From Candidatus Kryptoniota bacterium (GTDB taxonomy: Bacteria; Bacteroidota; Ignavibacteria; Kryptoniales; Kryptoniaceae), in assembly GCA_938074445.1 (NCBI GenBank), contig CALJEK010000022.1, positions 33,444 to 97,443 on the forward strand: a DNA stretch of 64,000 nucleotides, given 5' to 3'. Positions 37,145 through 48,096 of this stretch are shown here, in pieces (the first letter of the stretch is position 1; each line of letters starts with the position of its first letter). The position numbers were made by a program, and so were the translations under genes. Below the pieces are notes generated by a model. It was not told the origin of the DNA. It saw nothing but the letters and a program-made list of their open reading frames with translations, and ran no database searches.

Positions 37145-39805
37145 ATGAATTGGAATAAATTCACTATAAAATCGCAAGACGCCATTCAAAAAGCGATGCA
37201 AATTGCAGCTGAAAAAAGTCATCAGGTTATTGAACCTGAACATTTACTTCTTGCATTGATTGATGATGAAGGTGGTCTTGTGAATTCTATAATAAAGAAA
37301 ATCGGTGGAAACACATCTTACATTAAAAATAGATTGATTCAGTCGATTAATAGATTTCCACAGGTACAGGGAGCTGGGCTTGGGAACCAGTACATTTCGC
37401 AGAATTTGCTCAAAATTTTTGATGATGCTTTGAAAGAGGCAAATCAGTTAAAAGATGAATATATAAGCGTTGAACATTTATTGATTGCGCTTGCTGAAAA
37501 TAGAAATAATGATGCTGGGCGTATTCTTTCGGATCAAGGGATAACGAAGGATGCTATTTTGAAGGTAATGCGAGAGATTCGCGGTTCCCAAAGGGTGACA
37601 GATCAAAATCCTGAAGATAAATACCAAGCATTGCAAAAATACGGAAGAGATTTAACTGAGCTCGCTCGTTTGGGGAAACTTGATCCTGTAATCGGTAGAG
37701 ATGAGGAAATTCGTCGTGTGATGCAGGTTCTCTCAAGAAGGACGAAAAATAACCCGGTTTTAATTGGTGAACCAGGTGTCGGTAAAACTGCTATCGTTGA
37801 AGGTATTGCACATAGGATTGTCCAAGGTGATGTTCCGGAATCGTTGAAGAACAAAAGGATATTTGCGCTTGATATAGGTGCTTTAATAGCCGGGACGAAG
37901 TATAGAGGTGAATTTGAAGACAGGTTAAAAGCTGTTTTGCGTGAGGTTCAAGAATCGAATGGTGAAATAATTTTGTTCATCGATGAATTACACACAATTG
38001 TGGGGGCTGGTGCAGCCGAAGGCGCGGTTGATGCAGCAAATATGTTGAAACCCGCGCTTGCTCGAGGCGAACTTCATGCGATCGGCGCGACAACGATTGA
38101 TGAATATAGAAAACATATTGAAAAAGACCCAGCGCTTGAAAGAAGATTTCAGCCAATTTTGGTTGAGGAGCCATCGGTTGAGGATACAATTTCTATTTTG
38201 CGTGGTTTAAAGGAAAAATATGAAGTTCATCACGGCGTTAGAATTACGGATTCTGCAATAGTAGCTGCTGCGCAACTAAGCCATAGATACATTAGTGATA
38301 GATATCTTCCTGATAAAGCCATTGATTTAATTGATGAAGCAGCTTCAAAATTGAGAATTGAAATTGACTCAATGCCGGAAGAATTGGACGAAATTGAGAG
38401 GAAGATAAAACAACTTGAAATTGAACGGGAGGCGGTTAAGCGTGAGCTGACCTCAAATTATGCGACAGATATTGATAAAAAATCGACACAGAAAAAGCTT
38501 GAAGACATAGAGCGTGAGCTTGCTTCTTTGCGTGAAGAAAGAGATCGATTGAGGGCGCATTGGCAAACAGAGAAAGAGCTTATAAAATCAATTCATGAAA
38601 TAAAAGAGCAAATTGAAAAGGCTAAAATTGAGGCGGAGAAAGCCGAGAGAGAAGGAGATTACGCTAAGGTTGCGGAGATTAGATATGGTGTCATTCATTC
38701 GCTTGAGATGAAGTTGAAAGAGACGACGCATAGATTGGCTGAGGTTCAAAAAGATTTGAGAATGCTGAAGGAAGAGGTTGACGAAGAAGATATAGCTGAA
38801 ATTGTCTCGAGGTGGACGGGCATTCCGGTTCAGAAAATGCTTGAGAGCGAAAGAACTAAGCTTTTGCATATGGAGGAAAGATTACATGAGAGAATTGTTG
38901 ACCAAGAAGAAGCTGTTAAGGCTGTAAGCAACGCAATTCGCAGAGCAAGAGCAGGACTTCAAGATGAAAGAAGACCAATTGGTTCGTTTCTCTTCATCGG
39001 TAGCACTGGAGTTGGAAAGACAGAATTAGCCAGGGCGCTTGCTGAGCTTCTCTTTAACGATGAAAATGCTATGATAAGAATTGATATGTCCGAATATATG
39101 GAAAGATTTTCTGTCTCAAGATTGATCGGAGCTCCACCTGGTTATGTTGGATATGAAGAGGGCGGACAATTGACTGAAGCGGTGAGAAGAAAGCCTTATT
39201 CTGTCGTTTTGCTTGACGAGATTGAAAAAGCTCACCCCGAGGTCTTCAATATTTTGCTCCAAGTTCTTGAAGATGGGCGTTTGACGGATAGCAAAGGGCA
39301 TGTTGTTAACTTTAAAAACACGATTATAATTATGACATCAAACATTGGCTCGCACATAATCCAAGAAAAAATATCAAAAATGACCAGCGGGAACGAAGAT
39401 AAAGTTATGGAAGAGATAAGAACTGAAGTAATGCAACTTTTGAGACAAACGATAAGACCCGAATTCTTGAATAGGATTGACGAGATAATTTTCTTCAAGC
39501 CGTTGACAAGGGAAGATATACTCAAGATAGTTGATTTGCAGATAAAACAAGTTAATAAACGCCTTGAGAAAAATAATATGAAGATTGAACTTACTGATAA
39601 AGCTAAGGTATGGCTTGCTGATATCGGCTATGATCCGACATTTGGAGCTAGACCTTTGAGAAGGGTTATACAAAAACATATACTTGACACGCTCGCCGAA
39701 AAAATTCTTGCTGGAGAATTTATGAACGGCGATACCGTTGTAATAGATGTTGATTTATATGGTAAACCAGTCTTTACTAAAAAAGTTGAAGTTGAGGTTG
39801 TGTAA
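37145..39805 (+). CDS. clpB: ATP-dependent chaperone/disaggregase ClpB
   Basis: 886 aa. Clp N-domain, two AAA+ modules ([16 protein letters not shown]) and a long coiled-coil middle domain. Strong GGGAGGTGG Shine-Dalgarno. Confidence 0.98.
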   Translation: MNWNKFTIKSQDAIQKAMQIAAEKSHQVIEPEHLLLALIDDEGGLVNSIIKKIGGNTSYIKNRLIQSINRFPQVQGAGLGNQYISQNLLKIFDDALKEANQLKDEYISVEHLLIALAENRNNDAGRILSDQGITKDAILKVMREIRGSQRVTDQNPEDKYQALQKYGRDLTELARLGKLDPVIGRDEEIRRVMQVLSRRTKNNPVLIGEPGVGKTAIVEGIAHRIVQGDVPESLKNKRIFALDIGALIAGTKYRGEFEDRLKAVLREVQESNGEIILFIDELHTIVGAGAAEGAVDAANMLKPALARGELHAIGATTIDEYRKHIEKDPALERRFQPILVEEPSVEDTISILRGLKEKYEVHHGVRITDSAIVAAAQLSHRYISDRYLPDKAIDLIDEAASKLRIEIDSMPEELDEIERKIKQLEIEREAVKRELTSNYATDIDKKSTQKKLEDIERELASLREERDRLRAHWQTEKELIKSIHEIKEQIEKAKIEAEKAEREGDYAKVAEIRYGVIHSLEMKLKETTHRLAEVQKDLRMLKEEVDEEDIAEIVSRWTGIPVQKMLESERTKLLHMEERLHERIVDQEEAVKAVSNAIRRARAGLQDERRPIGSFLFIGSTGVGKTELARALAELLFNDENAMIRIDMSEYMERFSVSRLIGAPPGYVGYEEGGQLTEAVRRKPYSVVLLDEIEKAHPEVFNILLQVLEDGRLTDSKGHVVNFKNTIIIMTSNIGSHIIQEKISKMTSGNEDKVMEEIRTEVMQLLRQTIRPEFLNRIDEIIFFKPLTREDILKIVDLQIKQVNKRLEKNNMKIELTDKAKVWLADIGYDPTFGARPLRRVIQKHILDTLAEKILAGEFMNGDTVVIDVDLYGKPVFTKKVEVEVV

Positions 39806-39812
39806 GGAAAAT

Positions 39813-39845
39813 GGCGGGGGCGTTCACTCCCGCCTTTTGTTTTAT
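39813..39845. terminator. Hairpin between convergent clpB and the TonB-dependent receptor (possible bidirectional terminator)
   Basis: GGCGGG-N10-CCCGCC followed by TTTTGTTTTAT. Confidence 0.6.
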
Positions 39846-39846
39846 A

Positions 39847-41991
39847 TCAAATCTCATACTCAATTGACAAACTAAAGTTCCTTATCGGGGCTAAATTCCC
39901 GACGATTTCAACATAGTTATATTGCAAGAGATTATTACCGTTGATGTAAATTTTAAGCCTTTTCAAGTCAATTCCAAATCTCGCGTCGACAACATAAATT
40001 GGTACCTTGGATTCTGCGTCAGGGACGATGATTTTTAGAAGCTCATCAATCCTTTCATATTTGCTGATAAATCTAAAATCAAAACCTGCGAATAAAAATT
40101 TATAACTTATGTTTGTGTTTGCGTAGAAAATGTGCTTCGGTCTGTACTTTAAAATTGCGTCTTCGCTTAAATCCCATGGCGAAAGATATGTATAGCCAAG
40201 TGAAAGGTTTATAAAACTTGCGGGGTAAAAGTTAATGCCAATTTCAGTTCCTTGTATTCTTGCCTCTGTCACATTTTTAAATACAATTTTACCATCTGTA
40301 TCAAACACAGGTTCAATTAAGTTCCAGTAATGATTTCGGAAAGCTGATAAATCAATCATTATGATTGGAAGCACAAATCTTAAGCCAGTCTCAAATGAAA
40401 TAGCTCGTTCTGGTTTTAAAGATGGATTTGGTTTAACAGTCACACCTGCGGCGGATGTGCTCGTGAACGCTTCACTTATTGCCGGGGCTCTGAATCCAGT
40501 CCCAAGTGATGTTCTAAAGTTTAAGGTTGGGGTAAGTTTGTAAATTGCGCTAAACTTCGGATTTATCTGTCCGGTGTACTTCAGGGAATCAAGTTTATAC
40601 AAATCATTTCTTAATCCAACGGAAATGGAAAATTCAGGCGAAAGTTTGATCTCATCTTGAAGGTAGAGCGAAACTGAATGTGAATTCCTTTCTCTGAAGA
40701 GTGAAGATTTAACGATGTTATAGGTTAACTCAATACCTGCTATGAAATAGTTTTTATCGTTTGGTTGATAGTTGATTTGAAATTCTGAGTTTGTGAAGCC
40801 AGCTGTGCTTCGATTTTGGGGAGTTCCGTTATCGTTCCATTTATTTCTGAAAAAGCCTATCCGAAAGGTGTAAAAAAGTTTCGGGTTCAAAATTTTTTTG
40901 TATTGTGCGAAAGTTACAAATCTTTCCGAATTTACCATTGCCCCAATATCTTCATCCCTCGGTTTCAATGCGTTTCTTAAGTTTTTCCAGTAGAAGAATG
41001 TTTCGTTTTTCTGGCGAAGATAGTTGAAAACAAAGTTTAAAGTTGAGTAGGGAGAAAAGTTATACTTAAATTTTGAGAAAAGGTTCCATCGGTGATAATT
41101 TTGGTTTTGTTTGTATCCCTCGTCAATGCTTCTTTGTATGTGAATTAGCGAATTAAGATTCTGAATTGATAAGTTCAAAGATGCGAAACCGCCATAGTAA
41201 AATCTACTTCTTTCGCTCCATCTCCATTCTCGATAATATGGCTTATCATACATCCCGACGTAAGTTCTGAAGCGAGCACTTTGTTTGGATAAAGTTTCTT
41301 TTGTGATTACATTTATCACTCCACCTATAGCGTTTGAACCGTAGAGGGCGGAACCAGCGCCTTTTACGACTTCAACTCTATCAATTTGCCAAACTGGTAT
41401 GGCTTCCCATATTATTTCTCCCGCATCCCCTGTTAAAAATGGCATCCCATCAAAAAGAAGTAGAACCCTTGTCCCCGTTCCCCGACTATAACCACTTGAG
41501 CCACGAATGTTAACTTGATATTGGATCATATTAACACCCGGGACATAGCGAAGTATATCATCAATTTGAAGATTATTTCTATTTGAGATCAATTCGGATT
41601 CAATTACATATGTGCTTACTGGGATTTCGCTTAAAGTTTGTTCTCTTCTTGTTGCTGTTATAACGATTGGTTCAGTTGTGTAAGCGGTCGGCTTTAACTC
41701 AATTATTATTTGAGTTTCTTGATCTGGTAAAATTTCAACTTCGGCTTTTCTAATCTCATAGCCTATTGCTGAAAGTTTAAGTGTATATTTTCCGGGCTTG
41801 ATGTTTTTGATGATAAATTTTCCGTTCGGGTTTGTTGCTGCACCAAGGAATGTGTTTTCAATTATCACATTAACTCCAAAGATTGGTTGTTTGGTCTCGG
41901 AGTCAAACACCATGCCGGTTAAAGTGCCCGGTTTTTGCTGTTGGGGGAAAAGTTGTGAAGTTATCAAAAGCAGGAAAATAAAAACTTTCAT
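39847..41991 (-). CDS. TonB-dependent outer-membrane receptor with an N-terminal carboxypeptidase-regulatory-like domain
   Basis: 714 aa. Signal peptide, CarboxypepD_reg-like segment (GTLTGMVFDSETKQPIFGVNVII), plug (GSALYGSNAIGGVINVITK) and a beta-barrel with a hydrophobic C-terminal beta-strand (FSLSIEYEI). Confidence 0.85.
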   Translation of the reverse strand: MKVFIFLLLITSQLFPQQQKPGTLTGMVFDSETKQPIFGVNVIIENTFLGAATNPNGKFIIKNIKPGKYTLKLSAIGYEIRKAEVEILPDQETQIIIELKPTAYTTEPIVITATRREQTLSEIPVSTYVIESELISNRNNLQIDDILRYVPGVNMIQYQVNIRGSSGYSRGTGTRVLLLFDGMPFLTGDAGEIIWEAIPVWQIDRVEVVKGAGSALYGSNAIGGVINVITKETLSKQSARFRTYVGMYDKPYYREWRWSERSRFYYGGFASLNLSIQNLNSLIHIQRSIDEGYKQNQNYHRWNLFSKFKYNFSPYSTLNFVFNYLRQKNETFFYWKNLRNALKPRDEDIGAMVNSERFVTFAQYKKILNPKLFYTFRIGFFRNKWNDNGTPQNRSTAGFTNSEFQINYQPNDKNYFIAGIELTYNIVKSSLFRERNSHSVSLYLQDEIKLSPEFSISVGLRNDLYKLDSLKYTGQINPKFSAIYKLTPTLNFRTSLGTGFRAPAISEAFTSTSAAGVTVKPNPSLKPERAISFETGLRFVLPIIMIDLSAFRNHYWNLIEPVFDTDGKIVFKNVTEARIQGTEIGINFYPASFINLSLGYTYLSPWDLSEDAILKYRPKHIFYANTNISYKFLFAGFDFRFISKYERIDELLKIIVPDAESKVPIYVVDARFGIDLKRLKIYINGNNLLQYNYVEIVGNLAPIRNFSLSIEYEI

Positions 41992-41995
41992 CGCC

Positions 41996-42523
41996 TTAGT
42001 CTTTTAAATTTTGTTTTGCAATTAAAAAACCAATTATTTCAGAAAATTTAAACGGTTGGGGTGGGGGATTGTCAAAATCGCATGTGATGTTAATTCCTCT
42101 TATGAATTTACCATACGGTATATAAAGCGGTGTTGGAATTGTATCTTGCTCCGTTGTATCGTAAACACCAATTGCTTTCCAATCGGAAAATATATTTGCA
42201 CCGTATTGAAGTGCAACCACGATGTATTCCCATTTCCCTGTGTCTGCAAGGACTTCATATTTTGTTGAGTCCACTCTTTTTGGTAATGATTGACTAAATT
42301 TTGCTTTCCCTCCCATAACTTCGGTTATTATATCTCGTGGGGGATAATTTCTAAAAGCGACAACCCTTAAATCATAAATCGTATCTGGCCAAGCGCCTTT
42401 AAAATAGACCGTTCCACCAAATCCCGGCTCTTCATAAATCGGAACACTTGTTTCTGATGGTTTTAGTCCGTGATCACAAGAGGGGAGGAGGAAGATGAGA
42501 ACACCTAAAAATATCTTGCGCAT
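41996..42523 (-). CDS. Hypothetical lipoprotein (175 aa)
   Basis: Lipobox LLPSC. 4 nt upstream of the TonB-dependent receptor. No family recognised. Confidence 0.55.
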   Translation of the reverse strand: MRKIFLGVLIFLLPSCDHGLKPSETSVPIYEEPGFGGTVYFKGAWPDTIYDLRVVAFRNYPPRDIITEVMGGKAKFSQSLPKRVDSTKYEVLADTGKWEYIVVALQYGANIFSDWKAIGVYDTTEQDTIPTPLYIPYGKFIRGINITCDFDNPPPQPFKFSEIIGFLIAKQNLKD

Positions 42524-42585
42524 ATTTGCAAAACTTGGTTTATTTTTTTATTTTTTGAAAACTAAAAAACAAAATTTCACGCAAA

Positions 42586-42831
42586 ATGGCAAAGCGAAAG
42601 GAAAAGAAAAGTGAGTTAATTTTTCGTAAGCATGAGGTTGCTTTCTCAAAGGGGAATTTTCTCCTTCTTTTAGCTGGCATTGCTTTAATTTTTATTGGTT
42701 TCTACCTAATGGCAGTAGGTGGTGTTGATAGTTTTTCTGCTGTCACGCTTGCGCCGATTTTTCTATTCATCGCATATGTCATAATTATACCACTTGCAAT
42801 TTTAAAGAAGTTTAAAAACGAAAAGAGTTAA
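42586..42831 (+). CDS. Small two-TM membrane protein, DUF3098-like
   Basis: 81 aa. Basic N-terminus, then NFLLLLAGIALIFIGFYLMAVGG, as I recall for Bacteroidetes DUF3098 proteins. Tentative. Confidence 0.5.
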   Translation: MAKRKEKKSELIFRKHEVAFSKGNFLLLLAGIALIFIGFYLMAVGGVDSFSAVTLAPIFLFIAYVIIIPLAILKKFKNEKS

Positions 42832-43139
42832 CCCTTTTTCACACTACGCCCAAGTTTTTCTTCAACACTTTTAACCTTGCTTTCAAGTGCTCCAACTCTG
42901 CCCTTTCTGTAGTCAATTTTGATCGTGATGGATATTCTGTTACACTCGTCTTTCAGTGCTTCAAAACATTTCTTGATGGTATTGAGCACATCATCCCATT
43001 CACCTTCAATTATAGTTCCCATTGGCGTTAACTTATATTCAAGCCCGCTTTTGTCAACTATATCTACGCATTTTGCAACATATTTGCTTACGCTTTCACC
43101 TTGTCCGATGGGGGTCATACTAAATTCACAAAGAAGCAT
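42828..43139 (-). CDS. MTH1187/YkoF-family (DUF77) thiamine-binding-like protein
   Basis: 103 aa. CEFSMTPIG...SVSKYVA...L...G..Y.L.PMGT.IEG.WD.V pattern typical of MTH1187. Confidence 0.75.
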   Translation of the reverse strand: MLLCEFSMTPIGQGESVSKYVAKCVDIVDKSGLEYKLTPMGTIIEGEWDDVLNTIKKCFEALKDECNRISITIKIDYRKGRVGALESKVKSVEEKLGRSVKKG

Positions 43140-43148
43140 AGGGAAGAA

Positions 43149-43409
43149 TCAATTTTGTTTTGATTTTAGGTTAAGATAATCTTCGTATAAATTTTGGATG
43201 CAATTGCCACAAAAGTGGTAAACCTTTTCGATTCCGATAGCTCTCTCGACAAGTTTTTCTTTATCGAAGGTCCCACCGCAAATGGTGCATTTTAATTTTG
43301 ATGAATATGGATTTTGTGACCTTTCCTGTTTCAAAATCAAACCGTATCCATAAAAGATGGAAAATATCACGATCAGAACAATGATTGCGATCCCAATTAA
43401 ACCTACCAT
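43149..43409 (-). CDS. Hypothetical membrane-anchored Zn-ribbon protein (86 aa)
   Basis: N-terminal TM helix followed by CTICGG ... CGNC. Confidence 0.5.
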   Translation of the reverse strand: MVGLIGIAIIVLIVIFSIFYGYGLILKQERSQNPYSSKLKCTICGGTFDKEKLVERAIGIEKVYHFCGNCIQNLYEDYLNLKSKQN

Positions 43410-43410
43410 T

Positions 43411-43602
43411 TTACTTCTCTTTCTTTATGACATATTTCTCGTAAATTTCGCGAAGTCGTCTCATTGAGAGAGAATCAAGGTCTTCGTCATCCTTATGTCT
43501 TTTCAGAAACATCTCAAAATCGTATTTATCTTTTCCCTTCAATCGATAAGAAATTCGCTGTAGTTCCTCAATCATCTTTTTTTGCTCTGCGTATGTAGCC
43601 AT
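43411..43602 (-). CDS. Hypothetical helical protein (63 aa)
   Basis: Charged, helical ORF. Its stop lies 1 nt before the next start. Confidence 0.45.
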   Translation of the reverse strand: MATYAEQKKMIEELQRISYRLKGKDKYDFEMFLKRHKDDEDLDSLSMRRLREIYEKYVIKKEK

Positions 43603-43621
43603 TTTGGGGTGTTTTTAATTT

Positions 43622-44332
43622 TTAAAACGAGTAAACTATCCCAAGAATGAAGGTCAGGGTATCAAAGTTGATTCTTGTTCTAAAAGGCGTTGGATCAATT
43701 GAGATGATATAGCCGTTGTAATCTATTGTGTTGTCTTTAAATTTGCTTTCAACTTCAACGATTGGGTCGCGAAATTTTAGTTCAGCTTTAAGTCCAAAGT
43801 TTTTAAACAAGTTATATCCAACTCCAGCCATCACTTGAATTCCTAAATTGGTTGGCGACCTTTGGATTTCACTTTTTGTGCCTGCGATTGATTTGTTAAA
43901 ATTTCCCTTGTAAGCGCCAATCCCACCGCCGATGTAAATGTTCCATTTCTCAGAGCTAAATGGGGCGAGGAAAAATAAATTTAGTTCGGCAATATAAATT
44001 GTGTATCTATCTTCAACTGGAATTTTTACAATTTGGTTTGAAATTCGCCGTGTCAAGAAATCGCTTGTTTTTTTATTAACAACTTCAATTGATAACCCAA
44101 CTAAATAATTTTCGGCTATTTCACGCTTTAATTCAGCTGAAATGCCAAACCATCCGTTAATTTCCGTTGAAAGATCACGCAAACCTCTATCTTTTGAAAT
44201 CACGTTTGGATAAACAAATGCAGAAAGGATGTAATTGATGTTTAAAGTGATTGTTTTATTGGGTTGGGCGGATGAAAGGTTTACAAGTATCAAGACCAAC
44301 GGGATTAAATTTTTTGCTGACTTAAAAAACAT
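43622..44332 (-). CDS. Outer-membrane beta-barrel (porin-family/OmpW-like size) protein
   Basis: 236 aa. Signal peptide, alternating amphipathic beta-strand pattern and C-terminal aromatic residue (IVYSF). Confidence 0.6.
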   Translation of the reverse strand: MFFKSAKNLIPLVLILVNLSSAQPNKTITLNINYILSAFVYPNVISKDRGLRDLSTEINGWFGISAELKREIAENYLVGLSIEVVNKKTSDFLTRRISNQIVKIPVEDRYTIYIAELNLFFLAPFSSEKWNIYIGGGIGAYKGNFNKSIAGTKSEIQRSPTNLGIQVMAGVGYNLFKNFGLKAELKFRDPIVEVESKFKDNTIDYNGYIISIDPTPFRTRINFDTLTFILGIVYSF

Positions 44333-44396
44333 TGCTTGTTCATATAGATTATTCTGTAAAAAGCCCAGCCTTCATACCGCTGGGCGATGCAGAAAT

Positions 44397-46508
44397 TTAC
44401 TGCTCAAAATACAATGCCCTGTTGTCAACTATTTTAGCATTCTTTTTTAAATTATCAATCCAGGTGAAAAATATGGTGTTTCTCTTTTCGTTATAAATTT
44501 GTTGTTTTAGTGTCTCATATTGTGCCTTGTAGGCGGAGGAATCAAAGGGTGTTTTATTTACAAGTTGAATAATATAAACGAATGAATTACCCTTTATCGG
44601 CTGCGAGACTTCGTTTGGTTTCATATCAATGATTTTACCGAGGACGTTCTCATCGGTTCCAATCCCAGGGATTCCACCGGAGAGCGTGAAGCCTGAGGCT
44701 GTTTTTACTTCAAGTGTTGAATCGAGCTTTGTTATAGCGTCAAGACCTTCTTTCTCATTGAGTTTGGTTCGGAGATTTTTTAAGTAATTATACGCTGTGT
44801 TTTTGAGTTTTTCTCGCCTTACTCTCGCTTTAATTGCTTCTTTCACTTCGTCAAGAGGTCTTATACCTGCTTCTTTGATTTCATTTATTGTAAAGACAGC
44901 GAATCCACCTTTGATTTTAAATACAGGGCTTACGCTCCCCAATTTGTTTGAGAACGCCCAATCTGAAATTGTTTTGTTAAGTCCAATTCCAGGAATGGGT
45001 GAATCTTTTGTAAATGGCGGGGTTGTTTTTATGTCAAGACCAAGTGCGGACGCTTCTTGAACAAAATTCTTACCACTCACAGTATGGCTGAAATCCTCTG
45101 CTCGCTTTCTTTGTGATTCTATCGTTTCTGAACTTGCTCTTACGCTTAATTTGAGATCAGCAATTTTCAACTCTCTGTTATCTTTTGCGACAACTTTGAT
45201 GATGTGGAGACCATATTGAGTTCTAATTGGTCCGACTATTTCTCCTGGTTTTGCTTTAAAGCATGCGTCTTCAAACTCTTTTACCATTCTTCCTTTCCCA
45301 AACCAGCCGAGGTCTCCACCTTTTCGAGCTGTAACTTGGTCAACGGAAAATGTCGCAGCAAGTTTTGAAAAATCTTCTCCCTTTTTCGCGAGGTTTAAAA
45401 TATCTTTGGCGAGATTATATGATTCGGTTGTATCCCTACCGATCGGGACAAGAATATGGCTTGCCCTTACAAATATATCAGAACCTTTTCGTTCTTCAAG
45501 AATTTTTATAAGGTGGATTCCGTCACTTAATTTCAATGGTCCGATAATTTCGCCGACTTCTTTATCCCATATTTCATTTTCAATTTCTGGTAAAAGTTCA
45601 CCGTGCTTAAAAAATACATCTGAGAAAGGCGTTTCTGAATAATTCTTTACAAGTTCAATAAAGTTAGCACCTTGCATTGCCTGTTGTTTAAAGTTTTCCA
45701 GCTCCCTCAAAACAGCTGCTGTATCTTCTGGGGATGGTGTATCGGGGAAGACAACATATTTTAATCTTCTGGTTTCACGAATTCGGAATTCATCTTGGTG
45801 ATTTCTGTAATATTCTTTTATCTCGTCGTCTGTTGGTTCGGTTATTTCTTTGGAAAACTTGTTTGGATCGAGTGAGACATATTTAATTTCATATCTTGTG
45901 TTTTGCTTTTCGAACCTTTCTTTTATTTCACCTTCACTTACGATGACGCTAGCGAGAAGACGGCTTTGAAGTTTTTCTGTTAGTCTTTGTGCCTTCAAAA
46001 ATTTTTCAACCTCTATCCAAAATTGCCTTGCTTGTGGAGTTGTGGATTTTAAAGCTCTTTCAAGAAGAACTCTATCTATATTTCCAGTCGAATCTACAAA
46101 GTTTCTTTTAACTGGTTCGGGTAGTGTTTCGGGCGAATTCAAAACCCAATCGGTTATTTCCTCATCCGTTACGGTTAGTCCAAGTTTTTTTATCTCTTGT
46201 TCAATAAGTTTTCTTGTAACGAGCTGTTCCCATACTTGATTTCTAAATTGTTCAAGCATAAAATCCTCGGGGTCTTTCCCTGTCCTCTGTTTAAAGTTCT
46301 CAATTTCAAATTCGAGGGCTTGATTAAATTCTTGATAAGTTATTTCTTCGCCATTGACTATTCCAATTGGCTCGCGTGCGAAGCTATTTCTATGGTGTCT
46401 TCCTGTGATATCCATTCCCCAATCAAGAACGATAGTTAAAAGGAAAAGAATCACAAGTGATAAAAGAATCGCTGGTAGATTATCTCTCATCTTGGCCATT
46501 ATAGGCAT
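44397..46508 (-). CDS. ppiD: Periplasmic chaperone / peptidyl-prolyl isomerase, PpiD/SurA-like
   Basis: 703 aa. N-terminal membrane anchor, SurA_N-like region and two parvulin-like domains (ASHILV ... GGDLGWF ... GLHIIK). Confidence 0.8.
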   Translation of the reverse strand: MPIMAKMRDNLPAILLSLVILFLLTIVLDWGMDITGRHHRNSFAREPIGIVNGEEITYQEFNQALEFEIENFKQRTGKDPEDFMLEQFRNQVWEQLVTRKLIEQEIKKLGLTVTDEEITDWVLNSPETLPEPVKRNFVDSTGNIDRVLLERALKSTTPQARQFWIEVEKFLKAQRLTEKLQSRLLASVIVSEGEIKERFEKQNTRYEIKYVSLDPNKFSKEITEPTDDEIKEYYRNHQDEFRIRETRRLKYVVFPDTPSPEDTAAVLRELENFKQQAMQGANFIELVKNYSETPFSDVFFKHGELLPEIENEIWDKEVGEIIGPLKLSDGIHLIKILEERKGSDIFVRASHILVPIGRDTTESYNLAKDILNLAKKGEDFSKLAATFSVDQVTARKGGDLGWFGKGRMVKEFEDACFKAKPGEIVGPIRTQYGLHIIKVVAKDNRELKIADLKLSVRASSETIESQRKRAEDFSHTVSGKNFVQEASALGLDIKTTPPFTKDSPIPGIGLNKTISDWAFSNKLGSVSPVFKIKGGFAVFTINEIKEAGIRPLDEVKEAIKARVRREKLKNTAYNYLKNLRTKLNEKEGLDAITKLDSTLEVKTASGFTLSGGIPGIGTDENVLGKIIDMKPNEVSQPIKGNSFVYIIQLVNKTPFDSSAYKAQYETLKQQIYNEKRNTIFFTWIDNLKKNAKIVDNRALYFEQ

Positions 46509-46644
46509 GGTGCGTTCTCTACCTCAAATTGTTTTTTAATTTTTTGTAAATTTAAGCCAAAAGGGTTAAAAATCAAAGATAGAGGGCGATGTTTTCTTGG
46601 GAGGAGTGAAAATTCTTACTGTGTTTTTCCCTTGCAAACGCTTT

Positions 46645-48096
46645 TTAACCTTTTATGTTACCGATTGGTCTCAAGGCAGCAACTTTTCTTGAAATGCCTG
46701 CTCTATCAACTGCCTCAATTACATCTGATATGTTTTTATACGCTACTCCTGCTTCCTCAACGAGCCCGGATTTTGAAGCAGCTCTTACATATATCCCTCG
46801 CTCTTCCATTTGTTTGATAAGCTGATTGTAGTTTATCTCTTTTTTTGCTTTATGACGGCTCATTGTTCTTCCACTGCCGTGACAAGTTGAACCGAATGTT
46901 TCTTCCATTGCCCTTTTAGTTCCAACGAGAAGATATGAACCAGTTTCCATTGAGCCACCAATTATTACTGGTTGACCTGTATCTTTGTAAATCTCAGCGA
47001 GCTCTGGATGTTCGGGTCCAAATGAACGAGTTGAACCTTTTCTGTGAACGAGGACTTTTTTAACTTTTCCGTCAATTTCATATTCTTCGGCTTTTGCGAT
47101 ATTATGTGCAACATCGTAGATGAGGTGCATTTCAAGTTCTTCTGCGGATTTTTTGAAAACTTTTTCAAAGGCTTCTCTAACTCTATGAAGGATAACCTGA
47201 CGATTCGCGAACGCCATATTCGCTGCACAAAGCATAGCAGAATAGTAATCCCTACCTTCAGGTGAATCAATCGGGGCGCACGCAAGTTCTTTGTCAAGTA
47301 GTGGGATACCATACCTTTTCATAGCGTCAAGGAAAACTTTTAGGTAATCTGTTGCTATTTGATGTCCAAAACCTCTTGAACCGCAGTGAATCATAACGAC
47401 GATTTGACCTTCTTGCTCAATTCCAAAGCTATTTGCAACATTATGATCAAAAATTTTGTCAACGACTTGTATCTCAAGATAATGGTTTCCTGAGCCGAGC
47501 GTTCCGAGTTGGTCTATTCCGCGCTCCCTTGCTTTTTTGCTTACTTTTGATGGGTCTGCGCCTTTTATAGCGCCGTGTTCTTCGATTCTTTCAAGGTCTT
47601 CTTTCCAGCCATAGCCATGTTCGACGCACCAACGTGCACCTTTTACCATCACTTCATCAAATTGAGAATTTGATAACTTAACAAATCCCGTTGCCCCTAC
47701 TCCTGTCGGGACAGTTTGAAAGAGAAGATCGACAAGTTCTTTAAGTTTTGGTTTCACTTCCTCAAGTGTTAAATTCGTTTTCACAAGACGCATTCCGCAG
47801 TTTATATCGAAACCTATACCTCCAGGTGAGATAACTCCATCTTCAAAGCTGAATGCAGCTACGCCTCCGATTGGGAAGCCATATCCCCAATGTCCATCAG
47901 GCATACATAAAGCGTATTTTTGAATTCCGGGCAGACAAGCTACATTTGTAACCTGTTCAAAGACGCCTTCATCCATTGCATCAAGAAGTTGTTTAGTAGC
48001 GTAAATTCGTGCGGGCACGCGCATACCTTTTTTATATGTCTCGGGTATTTCCCAAATGACTTCAGAAATTCTTTTTATTTCTTTCGGTGCTGGCAT
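46645..48096 (-). CDS. rtcB: RNA-splicing ligase RtcB
   Basis: 483 aa. PDGHWGYGFPIGGV, GFDINCGMR, GSGNHYLE, HCGSRGFGHQ, HNIA, CHGSGR. Confidence 0.95.
   Translation of the reverse strand: MPAPKEIKRISEVIWEIPETYKKGMRVPARIYATKQLLDAMDEGVFEQVTNVACLPGIQKYALCMPDGHWGYGFPIGGVAAFSFEDGVISPGGIGFDINCGMRLVKTNLTLEEVKPKLKELVDLLFQTVPTGVGATGFVKLSNSQFDEVMVKGARWCVEHGYGWKEDLERIEEHGAIKGADPSKVSKKARERGIDQLGTLGSGNHYLEIQVVDKIFDHNVANSFGIEQEGQIVVMIHCGSRGFGHQIATDYLKVFLDAMKRYGIPLLDKELACAPIDSPEGRDYYSAMLCAANMAFANRQVILHRVREAFEKVFKKSAEELEMHLIYDVAHNIAKAEEYEIDGKVKKVLVHRKGSTRSFGPEHPELAEIYKDTGQPVIIGGSMETGSYLLVGTKRAMEETFGSTCHGSGRTMSRHKAKKEINYNQLIKQMEERGIYVRAASKSGLVEEAGVAYKNISDVIEAVDRAGISRKVAALRPIGNIKG

Noticed and set aside
42828-42831. 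Convergent genes (DUF3098-like and MTH1187-family) whose stop codons overlap on a TTAA palindrome.
   Set aside because: This is a real but trivial consequence of compact gene packing. No regulatory implication can be supported.
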